From: Chthoniobacteraceae bacterium
Lineage (GTDB): Bacteria; Verrucomicrobiota; Verrucomicrobiia; Chthoniobacterales; Chthoniobacteraceae
DNA: 64,000 nucleotides
Assembly (NCBI GenBank): GCA_031409335.1
Contig: JANNWY010000307.1
Span: forward strand, 1 to 64,000
Direction of reading: 5' to 3'
Shown: in pieces, positions 21,548 through 31,124 of the stretch
Layout of the letters: the number at the start of each line of letters is the position of its first letter
How positions within the stretch are numbered: the first letter of the stretch is position 1
Notes under the pieces: generated by a model
Told to the model about the DNA's origin: nothing
What the model saw: the letters and a program-made list of their open reading frames with translations, nothing else
The model's database searches: none
Program-made: the position numbers and the translations under genes

Positions 21548-22606
21548 TCAGGGTGCCGCTTGGGCGGGCGGCGCAAGTCTCGGGTTAGCGTCGTCGCGAA
21601 GGTTCGCGACAGCGAGGACCGCAGCAATCCACGACTTCGCGCGAGTGAGGAAGGATCGCCCCGTCGCCGATGCGAATAGTCGCCGTCCCCAAGCGCGCTC
21701 CAGGCACCGCAATTGCGGTCCGGAACACTCGGTGATCAACCCCGTGTCCGTGATGAAAAGTCGCCGGAGCAGACCCGCATCGCGAAACTGAGCCTTGGCC
21801 TGCCGGCTCCACTCCTCGACTGTCTTGATGAACGGGTTTCCGTCCGTCAGGAAATTGTGAATGAATCGTTTCGCGTCATCGTATTCCGACATCGGAACGC
21901 GATATTGACCGAGCCCCGCACTGAGCGCGACGACTGGATCAAAGACGGTCGCGGAATAGCTGCGCACACTGCCAATTTCGCGAAAACCCAGAATCCGGTA
22001 AAACGCGCTGTGATTCGGGCTGATGGTCGCGATCGTCTCGTCGGAATCCCCCTGGATGACATGCGCGGCCGCGCACCTCATGAGTTCCGTGGCGAGACCG
22101 GTTTTGCGATATTCCTCGGCGATCGCCTGGTTGGTCATCTCGGAAAGTTTGCTGCCGCCTTCGCGCAGCGCGTCCAATTCGGCCCTGAAAGAAACATCCG
22201 AAGGCAGGCCCAGCGCTGGCGTATCCACCGCCACACTGACCACGCCGACGACTTTTCCCGCGATTTTTGCCACGAACGTCGCCTCGTCGGGCAAAGCCTC
22301 GAACATTCGCACACGCAGCCCGGACAACTGCCGGCGAATGTAACCCGCGTCCACATACACATCGTGAACCAAGCGATACGCGCTCTCCAAGTCGTCGAGA
22401 CTGCAAGCCCGTTCGATCGTCGCGCCGCAAGTATCCTGCCCAAACAGGCCGGAACGCTGGAGCATGGCAAGCCTGCGCTTGCTCCGCTGATCGCCCGCCG
22501 CAGCGGACGGGGGGCGCTCCTGCCCGCTGACCGCGCGCGCACTGCGGATCGCCGTTGATGGAATGGTTTTCCTATCCGGAGATCGGACGTGCGCCGCCTC
22601 CGCCAT
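21548..22606 (-). CDS. N-acyl amino acid synthase, FeeM-like, second paralog; start uncertain
   Basis: Colinear paralog of 19640-20779: RSGLFG…GATIERAC…AYRLVHDVY, LGLPSDVSFRAELDALR, TISPNHSAFYRILGF. Confidence 0.75.
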   Translation of the reverse strand: MAEAAHVRSPDRKTIPSTAIRSARAVSGQERPPSAAAGDQRSKRRLAMLQRSGLFGQDTCGATIERACSLDDLESAYRLVHDVYVDAGYIRRQLSGLRVRMFEALPDEATFVAKIAGKVVGVVSVAVDTPALGLPSDVSFRAELDALREGGSKLSEMTNQAIAEEYRKTGLATELMRCAAAHVIQGDSDETIATISPNHSAFYRILGFREIGSVRSYSATVFDPVVALSAGLGQYRVPMSEYDDAKRFIHNFLTDGNPFIKTVEEWSRQAKAQFRDAGLLRRLFITDTGLITECSGPQLRCLERAWGRRLFASATGRSFLTRAKSWIAAVLAVANLRDDANPRLAPPAQAAP

Positions 22607-22860
22607 TTTCAAACTCAGTCGGGCAACATGGCGCGTAACCGCGCGATAATGCCTCCCGCTAAACGTCTGCCACTGATGAGTCACCTTCTGGAGTTGAAAA
22701 TATGGCATACTATACTGTTCATAGCCACAAAAGCAGCAATCATGCTGCCGAGGACGAAAACTGCCGCCTTGCGATGCCAGTCTGACGCTGCGCGACGCGC
22801 CGAGATTCGTCGCCCGCCAGCGCAGGGTTCGGGCCAGAACTCGCGAAAGCCACCTCTGAA

Positions 22861-23108
22861 TCAGGGCTGACGCATCAAAAAACAATCTGTCATTTCGACC
22901 GGAGCGAAGGCGGAAAGGTGGGCGAAGCGTAGTGGAGAAACCTCAAACTTTTCTTCGGCGGACGAAGGCGGGGCGGAGCCGCAGGACATTTGTGCTCCCC
23001 GCCACCTGGCCCGAAGAAAAGTGAGAGGTTTCTCCACTACGCTCCGCCCGCTGGCCCGCCTTCGCTTTGGTCGAAATGACAGGCTGTTTTTTGATGCGAT
23101 CGCCCTGA
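22861..23108. mobile_element. MITE-like long palindromic element (about 250 bp)
   Basis: Terminal IRs TCAGGGCTGACGCATCAAAAAACA / TGTTTTTTGATGCGATCGCCCTGA; inner arms TGTCATTTCGACC…GTGGAGAAACCTC / GAGGTTTCTCCAC…GGTCGAAATGACA. Confidence 0.8.
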
Positions 23109-23229
23109 ACTCACCATTGACACACGGCGTGGAAATGCGCAGAACCTACGCCCGAAGGTTGGGAAGGCTGCGAGCGGCGGAACGTCTGCCTTGAAGCAGC
23201 CACCAGACCCTCAAACTTAGGAGTCCTCG

Positions 23230-24357
23230 ATGCAAAGCCCCTTGTCTCATCCATGTGTCGGAAATGACACGCTGCGGAAATCCACTGAAAGTCGTGCCCA
23301 GCGGTATGAGCGAAGACTTGCAATCGGCCTCTGCGTCATGGCACTCATGTTGTCGGAGGTCAGCAACGCGATCGGCGGTCGTCCGTTGGAGGAGTATGAT
23401 TTTTCGCTGCGCTTTCCGGCGGCGATCAGCCGGTTCGCCTCCTATGCCGATGTCGCTGCGGAAGGCGGCGCGCAAGCTGCCAGCGAGTGGTCCAGCTCGA
23501 CCAACCCGGCATCCGCAGCCTGGCCAAAGCCGGACGCGGCGGAAAGACCCAGAATCGCCCTGTCACCGCAATTCTCCGCCATCGGATTCGGCTCAGGCAA
23601 CCACCTCTACGTCACCGCCGAAGCGCTCACCATCGACGCTGGAAAATGGGGCGTATTCCTCCCCGCTTTGGCCCAAGTCACCAGCAATAACGAGCAACGC
23701 CGCGACGGCCTCGGATACCGCTTCGATGCCCAATATTACCAACTGCAATGGGGAAAGCTCATCAACCCGGCGTGGACCGTCGGTGCCAACGTCAACGTCA
23801 CCAGCTCCTCCACCCGCTTGGATGTCGCCGGCACACGCGTCGCGCGGAGCCGGAGCGACTCATACAATTTCCGTCTCGGGTTGGTCCATCAGGCGCTCCC
23901 CAGATTGCGCGTGGGCATGGTGCTCGACTATGCGGCGACTCCATCGCGCACCACCGCCGTGGTCTTCAACCCCGCGACCTTTGCCATCGAAACCCAGCGC
24001 ACCACCGATACCGCCCACCAGGTCCTCGTGCGAACCGGTCTAGTATGGCGATACGCCGACGGATGCGACTTGTATCTCGACTACCAGGCGGGTGTCTTCA
24101 CCGATGCCACCGGCACCCTTCACGTGCATCGTTTTCCCATTGGTATCGAGCACATGCTGATTAGAAACGTGCTTTTCCTCCGAGCAGGCACACTCATCGA
24201 CACCCGCGGCAACATCGCCCTGACGACCGGGTTCGGTCTCTCGCTAGGCAAGCGCGCCAGCCTCGACGTCGCCTACCAATACGACATGCTCCCGGAAATC
24301 CGCCAGGAATTCGGCCCCGCGCAATCCCTCATATTATCACTGGCAGTCGGATTTTAG
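23230..24357 (+). CDS. Outer-membrane beta-barrel protein (FadL/PorV-like architecture); start uncertain
   Basis: Signal-like segment, N-terminal 'STNPASAA' (FadL-type NPA motif), alternating amphipathic strands, C-terminal SLAVGF with terminal Phe. Confidence 0.65.
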   Translation: MQSPLSHPCVGNDTLRKSTESRAQRYERRLAIGLCVMALMLSEVSNAIGGRPLEEYDFSLRFPAAISRFASYADVAAEGGAQAASEWSSSTNPASAAWPKPDAAERPRIALSPQFSAIGFGSGNHLYVTAEALTIDAGKWGVFLPALAQVTSNNEQRRDGLGYRFDAQYYQLQWGKLINPAWTVGANVNVTSSSTRLDVAGTRVARSRSDSYNFRLGLVHQALPRLRVGMVLDYAATPSRTTAVVFNPATFAIETQRTTDTAHQVLVRTGLVWRYADGCDLYLDYQAGVFTDATGTLHVHRFPIGIEHMLIRNVLFLRAGTLIDTRGNIALTTGFGLSLGKRASLDVAYQYDMLPEIRQEFGPAQSLILSLAVGF

Positions 24358-24358
24358 G

Positions 24359-26011
24359 ATGATTCAGATCAACACGTTTTCTGTTGCTGATCTGTTCGCA
24401 GTAGTTCTTACCGCTGGTGTATCGGTGACGCTATTATATCGCTATTTGCGACTGACTGAGAGAGCCGAGGATGGATTGGTCCTGATGATGTTGTTCTTCT
24501 TGTTTTTCTACAGTCTGGCCGTACTGATTACAGATAACATCGTGCCCTCTGGGATCCCGGCTTCCGCCGTGCCCAATGGTGCCCACCGCACACTTTTCTG
24601 GTATCGCCTCGTATATGTTGCCGGCACCTTTCTACTTGCATCAATTGCTCACTTTAGCCTTCGATATTGTCGAAGTGAACACTTGCCAGGATTGCAAGCC
24701 ACTTGGCTTTACGGTGGCAGTTTACTGATCTGCCCATTTTTCTGGTCGGACTCTTTTTTCCGTGCTTCCGCAAAACCACGCAGCTTCACCAGCAGCAGTC
24801 ATTGCGCAGTGCCCTGGATGCCGGATTCCGGGATTTTGGTCTATGTCTATCTCGCGGTATGGCTGGCGGCGAACATATACGTTCAGTTCCTATTCTGGAA
24901 ACGCTTCCAGACTAATATTGGAAAATCGGCAGGCTATGTATCCAATATCGTGCGGGCGGGAATTACTCTTTGGGGACTTGCTGGCGTAATTGCGATAGCT
25001 TTAGCCGCCAGTGATTATACCGGAGTCGATGTAACCAGTCCACTCGCGGCTGTTTCGATGGTAATGCTTGCGATGGGTATTGGCGATGAATACACCCAAC
25101 ACGAACGGGAGCGGGTTCATGTAACCCGTCGCTTTAAGAGTTACGTGGATCCTGCCTTGGTAAAGTATGTGATTGAACACCCGGAGCACGAGCACTTTGA
25201 CGGCGAGGTTCGGGAGATGACGGTCGTGTTTACTGATTTGGACGGATTTACACAATTGTCGGAAAGACTCCGCGAAGGGATTGTCCCGCTTCTAAACCAG
25301 TATCTGAAAGTGATGACGCCCCTGATTCGCGAGCACAATGGGTATCGAAACAAGTGGCTTGGCGACGGTATGATGTTCTTTTACGGGGCACCAGAAACCA
25401 ATCCAGATCACGCAATCCACGCAGTCGCGACGGTGCTGAAGATGCAGGAAATGATGCTAAAGTTTAACGAGAGCCTTGCCCTACAGCGGGAGTATTTGGG
25501 CGAAGCATTGCTGCCACTTGCGATGCGAACCGGCGTGAGTACCGGTAAAATGGTCGTGGGTGACGCGGGACCTTCGGATGCCAGCGACTACACGGCCATC
25601 GGAGCTTCGGTGAATCTTGGCGCTCGCTTGGAGTCGGCCAACAAAGTGATGGGAACCCGTATTCTCCTCAGCGAACACACCGTCAGATTACTACCGCCGG
25701 ATCTTTTTCTCGTTCGACCGATTGGGAGATTGAAATTGGTGGGTGTGGCGCGTGCGGAAATGGCTTTCGAGCCAATCGCCCATTTCAGCGAGGCTACCGA
25801 CAAACAAAAGCGATGTGCAGAGCTATCCACCGAGATGGTCACATGTTTCCGGAAGTCGGATTTCCATGGCTGCCTGGCTGCGGAGGAAAAAATGGCGTCG
25901 GAAATTGGACCCAGCAAACTTGGAGAAGTTTATCGGCAACATTGTGGACAATACCTGCTCGACGCGCCCAACCCGGGATTCAAAGGGGAGATCGTTCTAG
26001 CGACAAAATGA
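24359..26011 (+). CDS. Membrane-bound class III adenylate cyclase with about 7-TM sensor domain
   Basis: About 7 hydrophobic helices, then VFTDLDGFTQLSE, KWLGDGMM (Lys specifies ATP), DYTAIGASVNLGARLESANK. Confidence 0.9.
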   Translation: MIQINTFSVADLFAVVLTAGVSVTLLYRYLRLTERAEDGLVLMMLFFLFFYSLAVLITDNIVPSGIPASAVPNGAHRTLFWYRLVYVAGTFLLASIAHFSLRYCRSEHLPGLQATWLYGGSLLICPFFWSDSFFRASAKPRSFTSSSHCAVPWMPDSGILVYVYLAVWLAANIYVQFLFWKRFQTNIGKSAGYVSNIVRAGITLWGLAGVIAIALAASDYTGVDVTSPLAAVSMVMLAMGIGDEYTQHERERVHVTRRFKSYVDPALVKYVIEHPEHEHFDGEVREMTVVFTDLDGFTQLSERLREGIVPLLNQYLKVMTPLIREHNGYRNKWLGDGMMFFYGAPETNPDHAIHAVATVLKMQEMMLKFNESLALQREYLGEALLPLAMRTGVSTGKMVVGDAGPSDASDYTAIGASVNLGARLESANKVMGTRILLSEHTVRLLPPDLFLVRPIGRLKLVGVARAEMAFEPIAHFSEATDKQKRCAELSTEMVTCFRKSDFHGCLAAEEKMASEIGPSKLGEVYRQHCGQYLLDAPNPGFKGEIVLATK

Positions 26012-26118
26012 CCATGAGATCGGTTCCGTTCCTGCGCGAATCCTCACCTCCTGCGCCTTGATGTTCCCACCAAACACGCCACACTCGTTCCATCTTCCTC
26101 TCTGCAACTGACCAATTT

Positions 26119-27579
26119 ATGGGGAAGGGAAGCTCATGCGACATGAATTACACTCGAAAACTTTTAGTAATCCTTTTGAGTCGGCTCGCAAAGCGCTTGA
26201 TACGGAAACCAAGCTATACTCGCTCTGAAAGGGCTGCCAGCAAAGCGATGCGCAAATCCTTTCTTCGGTCGCTTAAGATCAGCCCATCTTATCGCGGATC
26301 AATTAAGAGCCGACATGAAATTCCCATTATCGATAAAATGGCGATTTTCGGGTCGCGGCGACTCAAAGATTTTATCGATCACGACGCAATCAGACGGGTG
26401 AGTTCGTTTTTGGTGAGTTCTGGATCGTCAGGCACCTTTGCCTTTGGACTAAAAACCAAAGCCGAGCTTTGGCACAACGCTCTTCGATCGGATATTGGCC
26501 TCGAAATCATATTTGGAGCGTGGTCCAAAAAGACTCTTCTAATCAACTGTTTACCCATGGGCTCGCGGGTCTATACCCAGTTGCCAGCCTCAGACGTTGG
26601 TGCTCACAGCACCAGGGCATTGGCCGTTATCGAAGCGGCGGCAGAGAGCTTCGAGCAGCTCCTGATCATCGGCATGGGCCACTTGTTCTTCAAGAGGCTC
26701 ATTGAAGAGGGGGAGACTAGAGGGCTCCGTTGGAATTCTATTAACGCCTACTTTCTTTCTGGCGGGGAGGCATTTTCCGAGGGGGCCAGGACTTACCTCA
26801 TGAGCCGATGGGAAGGAGCCGTAACTTCTTTGGAGCCTCCAAGATGGTCCAGTTCAGGCGGCGTCACCGAACTCTTTCTGAATGCGTTGTTTTTTGAAAC
26901 CCCGGAAACGATTCGAGTCCGCCGTGAACTTGTAACTCATCCTAAACTTCGCAGATTTTTCCTATCTTCTGATACAACCGCTGTGCCGATGGTCTTCGCG
27001 TGGGATCCAAGCACAAGTCTGATCGAGATCATCAATGAAGACTCGAATGGTTTCGGCGATATCGTGGTCACAAACGTCGATCGAAGTTCGTTGTTGCCTT
27101 TGACGCGCTACAATTTGCGCGATTTGGGTAGAGTGATCACGCGCGACGTTCTGATTGAAGGATTCTCAGAGCTGGGGCGCAGTGATCTCATTCCTCAACT
27201 CGGCTTTCCTTGGATTCTTGTGTGGGGTCGAACACCGCGCGACGGTCGGATGGATTTTCTTGAGCTATCCTACCAGATCCAAGACGCATATTATTCAGCA
27301 AGGGACGCGGTTGGAAGTATCACGGGAAATTTCCGCATCCTATCCGAGGAAGTCGCGCCGAACGAAATAATCGAAGTTCTGTTTCAGGCTAAGCCCGATG
27401 CATCCTGCCTCAACGTCGTTAAGGAATCTCTCGCCAAGGCTCTCGAATCGATCCCAAAACGGAGATTTCAGGTTGAAGTCAAGAGATTCCACGAGTTTCA
27501 ATTCAATATGGATATGAGTTTTGAAAATAAATTTCAGTTTTACAATAGCGCCAACGCCGCGACTCGGACTTCCAACTAA
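26119..27579 (+). CDS. Phenylacetate-CoA ligase-like (PaaK family) adenylate-forming enzyme
   Basis: SSGSSG P-loop, INCLPMG, GGEAFSE, ELFLNALFFETP, LPLTRYNLRDLG. Confidence 0.7.
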   Translation: MGKGSSCDMNYTRKLLVILLSRLAKRLIRKPSYTRSERAASKAMRKSFLRSLKISPSYRGSIKSRHEIPIIDKMAIFGSRRLKDFIDHDAIRRVSSFLVSSGSSGTFAFGLKTKAELWHNALRSDIGLEIIFGAWSKKTLLINCLPMGSRVYTQLPASDVGAHSTRALAVIEAAAESFEQLLIIGMGHLFFKRLIEEGETRGLRWNSINAYFLSGGEAFSEGARTYLMSRWEGAVTSLEPPRWSSSGGVTELFLNALFFETPETIRVRRELVTHPKLRRFFLSSDTTAVPMVFAWDPSTSLIEIINEDSNGFGDIVVTNVDRSSLLPLTRYNLRDLGRVITRDVLIEGFSELGRSDLIPQLGFPWILVWGRTPRDGRMDFLELSYQIQDAYYSARDAVGSITGNFRILSEEVAPNEIIEVLFQAKPDASCLNVVKESLAKALESIPKRRFQVEVKRFHEFQFNMDMSFENKFQFYNSANAATRTSN

Positions 27580-27618
27580 CGATCAACCGAGATCGACTTT
27601 GCCTTTTACTGTTCTGTC

Positions 27619-27948
27619 ATGAATGCATGGATTTACCTTTTGCTGGCGGGATTTTTCGAGATCGGCTTTACGACATTCATGAAGTTGTCAGACGGGTTTT
27701 CAAAGTGGCCCCATACGTTGGCATTTGTAGTTTGCTCGATCGCGAGTTTCGGCCTGCTCAACAAGGCGGTTAGCGTTATCCCTTTGGGTACAGCATACGC
27801 GGTCTGGACGGGGATGGGAGCGGCTGGGACCGCCCTCGTTGGTATTCTGTTTTTCAAAGACCCGGCGGATAGTTGGCGGCTGGTGTTTCTCAGCACGCTG
27901 ATCGGATCGATCGTCGGACTGAAATTTTTCACTGCAAACAAAGCCTGA
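27619..27948 (+). CDS. Small multidrug resistance (SMR/DMT) transporter
   Basis: AWIYLLLAGFFEIG (membrane Glu), IPLGTAYAVWTGMGA, four TM helices. Confidence 0.92.
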   Translation: MNAWIYLLLAGFFEIGFTTFMKLSDGFSKWPHTLAFVVCSIASFGLLNKAVSVIPLGTAYAVWTGMGAAGTALVGILFFKDPADSWRLVFLSTLIGSIVGLKFFTANKA

Positions 27949-28002
27949 AGGCACACCGTCACCGGCGCGGCTTTCAAGGCGTTCGCAGCGCCATCGCTCA
28001 AC

Positions 28003-28989
28003 TCACGGGGAGGTTCGTGAAATTGAACGGGCAATATCGGCGCTATTGCTGCTTGCGGGTGACGGCATTGACGTGCCGCGCTGCCGACGCCTGATGTTGG
28101 CGGTATCAGGGCAAACATCAGCCTTGGGTATTTGATCACGCTGTAGCGGTCCTTTCCACGCGCGGGCGGCAGCCTTCCACCAACTCATCGAAGGGTGCGC
28201 CAATTGCGGAAGCGCGTTCCAAGGCAGGCTGGGATGCAGGTGGTGGGCATGGTGGCAGTTGAAGTGGAGAATGGTCGCCGACAGCCAGGATGGGAGCCGC
28301 AAGTCCATCGCGTGCGTTGGATCGCCCACGGGCGTCTCATAGTGGTAAATGTAGTCGAGCGCAGAGATTAACAGCGCGCGGGCGGCAATGACGGCCGCGA
28401 GCAGTTCCAAACGATCCCAATATAGCCAGGTTGAGGCACCGAAGAATCCGACAACCAGCAGATTTTCGACGCGGATTCGGCGAATGGCTTCGTCACTGTT
28501 CAGCTTGCTGAGCACAAGCTCGCCAAAATCGCCGATCTTCAGCTTCCCGATGACATTCCAGCTTTTCGGCAGCCAAAAGAGAAACGGCACGACGATTTCG
28601 GCCAAATACAGCCCACCACCCAAAAAGGCGTAGTAGATCGCCGCCGCCATCATCGGCGTTTCCTTTGATCTGAGGATTTCCAGTTGTTCCACCGGCGTGC
28701 GGTTGACGCTATGGTGCGTCAGGTGCCCGCGTTGAAGGAATGAAAATGACGACCCAAACACCGTTGCGAGGGTCACGCCCGCAACTCGATTCCATTTCCC
28801 GGGAAATAGGTGATTGTGAATCGCCTCGTGCATCAACGCCCACAAGGTCGTCGTCGAGGCAGTCGTCAGCACGAGCACCCAAGCCCACTGGGAAGGCAGG
28901 AGCGGAATGATCAGAAACTGGGCGAGCTGCAAGCCGAGCATGCCGGTAAAGATGACCGCGTTTGCGGCCAATGGAATCGGTGCGCGCAT
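28003..28989 (-). CDS. Membrane fatty-acid desaturase family protein
   Basis: Three His boxes HEAIH, HLTHH and HHAHHLHP, plus DYIYHY; hydrophobic segments. Start trimmed to MRAPIP. Confidence 0.88.
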   Translation of the reverse strand: MRAPIPLAANAVIFTGMLGLQLAQFLIIPLLPSQWAWVLVLTTASTTTLWALMHEAIHNHLFPGKWNRVAGVTLATVFGSSFSFLQRGHLTHHSVNRTPVEQLEILRSKETPMMAAAIYYAFLGGGLYLAEIVVPFLFWLPKSWNVIGKLKIGDFGELVLSKLNSDEAIRRIRVENLLVVGFFGASTWLYWDRLELLAAVIAARALLISALDYIYHYETPVGDPTHAMDLRLPSWLSATILHFNCHHAHHLHPSLPWNALPQLAHPSMSWWKAAARAWKGPLQRDQIPKADVCPDTANIRRRQRGTSMPSPASSNSADIARSISRTSP

Positions 28990-29109
28990 GATTGATCTTG
29001 GTTGCTGCCACCCATCAAGCAGGGGGCGAACCATCTTCGCTTCAACGCAAGGATTTTTCCACTTAATTTTTGAACTTCCGACTTGCTGGTTGGATGGCAA
29101 GATGAATCC

Positions 29110-29371
29110 GAGGGCGATCGCATCAAAATGTGAGGATTCCCGCGGGTGCGATGGCGTCGAAAAACCTGTCATTCTGAGGAACGAAGAACCGCTGATTTTT
29201 TCCGGGGGAGACGGCGGAGAGGAACACGACCGCGTGGCAGCTCCGCGCCGCCTCCGCCCGCAAGAGTCAGCGGTTCTTCGTTCCTCAGAATGGACAAGGC
29301 TGGGACGCCCGTGCGGCAAAGGCATCCCCGCAGACGCCGCATCGTCCATTTTGACGCGATTTTTTGCCCTG
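29110..29371. mobile_element. MITE-like palindromic element with 10-bp flanking direct repeat
   Basis: Ends AGGGCGATCGCATCAAAATG / CATTTTGACGCGAT…GCCCT; inner arms TGTCATTCTGAGGAACGAAGAACCGCTGA / TCAGCGGTTCTTCGTTCCTCAGAATG; AGATGAATCC at 29100-29109 and 29372-29381. Confidence 0.8.
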
Positions 29372-29789
29372 AGATGAATCCTCATCAAGATACGGGCGGC
29401 TCCAAATCCCGCCTTGCCGGGGGAACGGAGATAGCCCGTCCGCACTTGGTCGCAAGTTCCTCGAAAAATGGACTTGGTGCGGGCAAAAAGTAGTGCCCTG
29501 GCCGGGGTTCCACGAAAATGGAAGTCGATCCGGTTGTTCCCGACGCACTGGCGCGGGGTTGGACGCTCATGGAGGACGGCAGTCAATCTCGTCGTCCACA
29601 TGTCTTTGGCGGATCAATCGCGGTGGCTTCTTTTGTCGTTGCGATGGCGACGCGGATTCTCGAGCGAAAATTATGTTACGCCGGTACCCTACCTGATCGT
29701 TGCAAACATGGGAGCAATCTGGCGTGTCGAGGAACTGATCCTCACGCAATCAACTTGGGTTTCGTGACTTCCCCGTCCACTCATCTCAA

Positions 29790-29833
29790 AAACAAAGCGC
29801 CCCGCTTGAATATTCAAGCGGGGCGTTTTGTTT
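29790..29833. terminator. Intrinsic terminator of the PEP-CTERM gene (possibly bidirectional)
   Basis: Palindrome CGCCCCGCTTGAATATTCAAGCGGGGCG flanked by A- and T-rich tracts. Confidence 0.8.
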
Positions 29834-29853
29834 AGAGCGTTATTAAGGAATGT

Positions 29854-30933
29854 TTATGCAATTTTCCGGCGCCTGTTGCGGCCAAATAGCGTTCCGAAGA
29901 TCGGCAACATGCATCCTAGCCCGGCCAGAACTGTGGTCGGCTCGGGCACCGCCAAACCAGTGAGCGGATCATTAGCCGTGACATCGAATCCGAATTGGCC
30001 CGGCGTTGAGGTAAATGTTCCTCTAAAATCAGAAAATTGAGACGGAATCACTCCCGCACCGAAATTGAATGCTGCCGACGGACTGGTGATAGCATTTGTG
30101 TTAAATATGGATTGATCCGCACCTCCGATAACATTCAAGTAAAATTGCCCCCCTCCTGTTAGCGAGCCAAAATTGAACGTTGTCGAATACTCGGTGGCCG
30201 ATCCGCCAAAGCCCGGAAACGGTCCACCAGCTCCCGTATTTGTGTGAATGAAACCAGCGGTTGACGCGAGTGACAAAACTAAAGTGCCATCACTCGCATT
30301 GAGGTATGAAGCCGCGCCTGTGCGACCCCCTGGCCCGAGTGCTGCATTGAACGTAGTAACTGGATCGACGGGACCCCCGGGCGTTCCGTCTTCCCAAATG
30401 TCGAGGCGTAATCCAGCGCCGGAGACTCTGGTGTCGAAACCTGGGTTTGACGGGTCGGGCTGGATGTGAAAATCTTGTTCACCGTGAAAAACCGCAGTCA
30501 ATTCCGTCCCTTTCCCGAGAGGTGACCAAACATCAACGCCTCCAAGAGTCTGGATGTTGGTAACCCTGCCTACGCCCCAGCTATCTTCATTACTGCCAGG
30601 ATCGATTGTTCCTGGGAAGGCGAAGGTTGCAGGGATTTGTGGCACAAGCGCATTGACGGCTGCGATACCGCCCGCGACACCCGCGCCAGGAGAGCCGGAA
30701 AAGCCGCCAGTGAGGGGAGCACCCGCTGGATTATACAATGTGCCGTTGTCAAAAGCGACGAACTTGAATTGCACCGGGCCGACATATGCGTCTCCGATAT
30801 TGATACCGCCGGGACCATCCGGATCGGATTCATAGGCGAGCACGATAGCGTTCGCACTGGTCGAAAGACCGATTGATGTGACGAGTGCCGCAATCGCCAC
30901 TCCTGCCCGTTTATTGATTAGTGTTGTTTTCAT
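29854..30933 (-). CDS. PEP-CTERM sorting domain protein
   Basis: Signal peptide, Gly/Thr/Pro-rich body, C-terminal AVPEP-TM helix-RNRRRK. Confidence 0.93.
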   Translation of the reverse strand: MKTTLINKRAGVAIAALVTSIGLSTSANAIVLAYESDPDGPGGINIGDAYVGPVQFKFVAFDNGTLYNPAGAPLTGGFSGSPGAGVAGGIAAVNALVPQIPATFAFPGTIDPGSNEDSWGVGRVTNIQTLGGVDVWSPLGKGTELTAVFHGEQDFHIQPDPSNPGFDTRVSGAGLRLDIWEDGTPGGPVDPVTTFNAALGPGGRTGAASYLNASDGTLVLSLASTAGFIHTNTGAGGPFPGFGGSATEYSTTFNFGSLTGGGQFYLNVIGGADQSIFNTNAITSPSAAFNFGAGVIPSQFSDFRGTFTSTPGQFGFDVTANDPLTGLAVPEPTTVLAGLGCMLPIFGTLFGRNRRRKIA

Positions 30934-31105
30934 TTAAGATTCGTTAGTTGGTTTATTCCTAATTTACTTCCTTTTGATATTTGAGTCCTGACTTGATATT
31001 TTCGTTTTAGATGGAGGGTTGAGCAGGTCGCTAGTATCCAGATTTACCTCAGATGGACAAGCCTGATTTTGACTGATTGTGCGGTAGGCCGTCGCGTCTT
31101 CCCAG

Positions 31106-31124
31106 TGTAGGCGTTTTTCCTACA
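31106..31124. promoter_or_regulatory. Palindromic box TGTAGG-N7-CCTACA upstream of the PEP-CTERM gene
   Basis: Perfect half-sites; a second, imperfect copy CGTGGG-N7-CCTACA lies at 31262-31280. Confidence 0.55.

Noticed and set aside
22607..22885. Long N-terminal extensions of the FeeM-like ORFs (also 20780-21025)
   Set aside because: Not shared between the paralogs; one begins inside the MITE end and crosses an AT-rich promoter-like tract.
27580..27948. Gdx/SugE with a guanidine riboswitch
   Set aside because: Only about 40 nt upstream and no ACGR hairpins; helix 1 reads EIGFT rather than the Gdx-type ExxWA, so no gene symbol is assigned.
28990..29601. N-terminal extension of the desaturase ORF
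   Set aside because: It reads through a palindromic MITE; the family-like sequence starts at about 28989.
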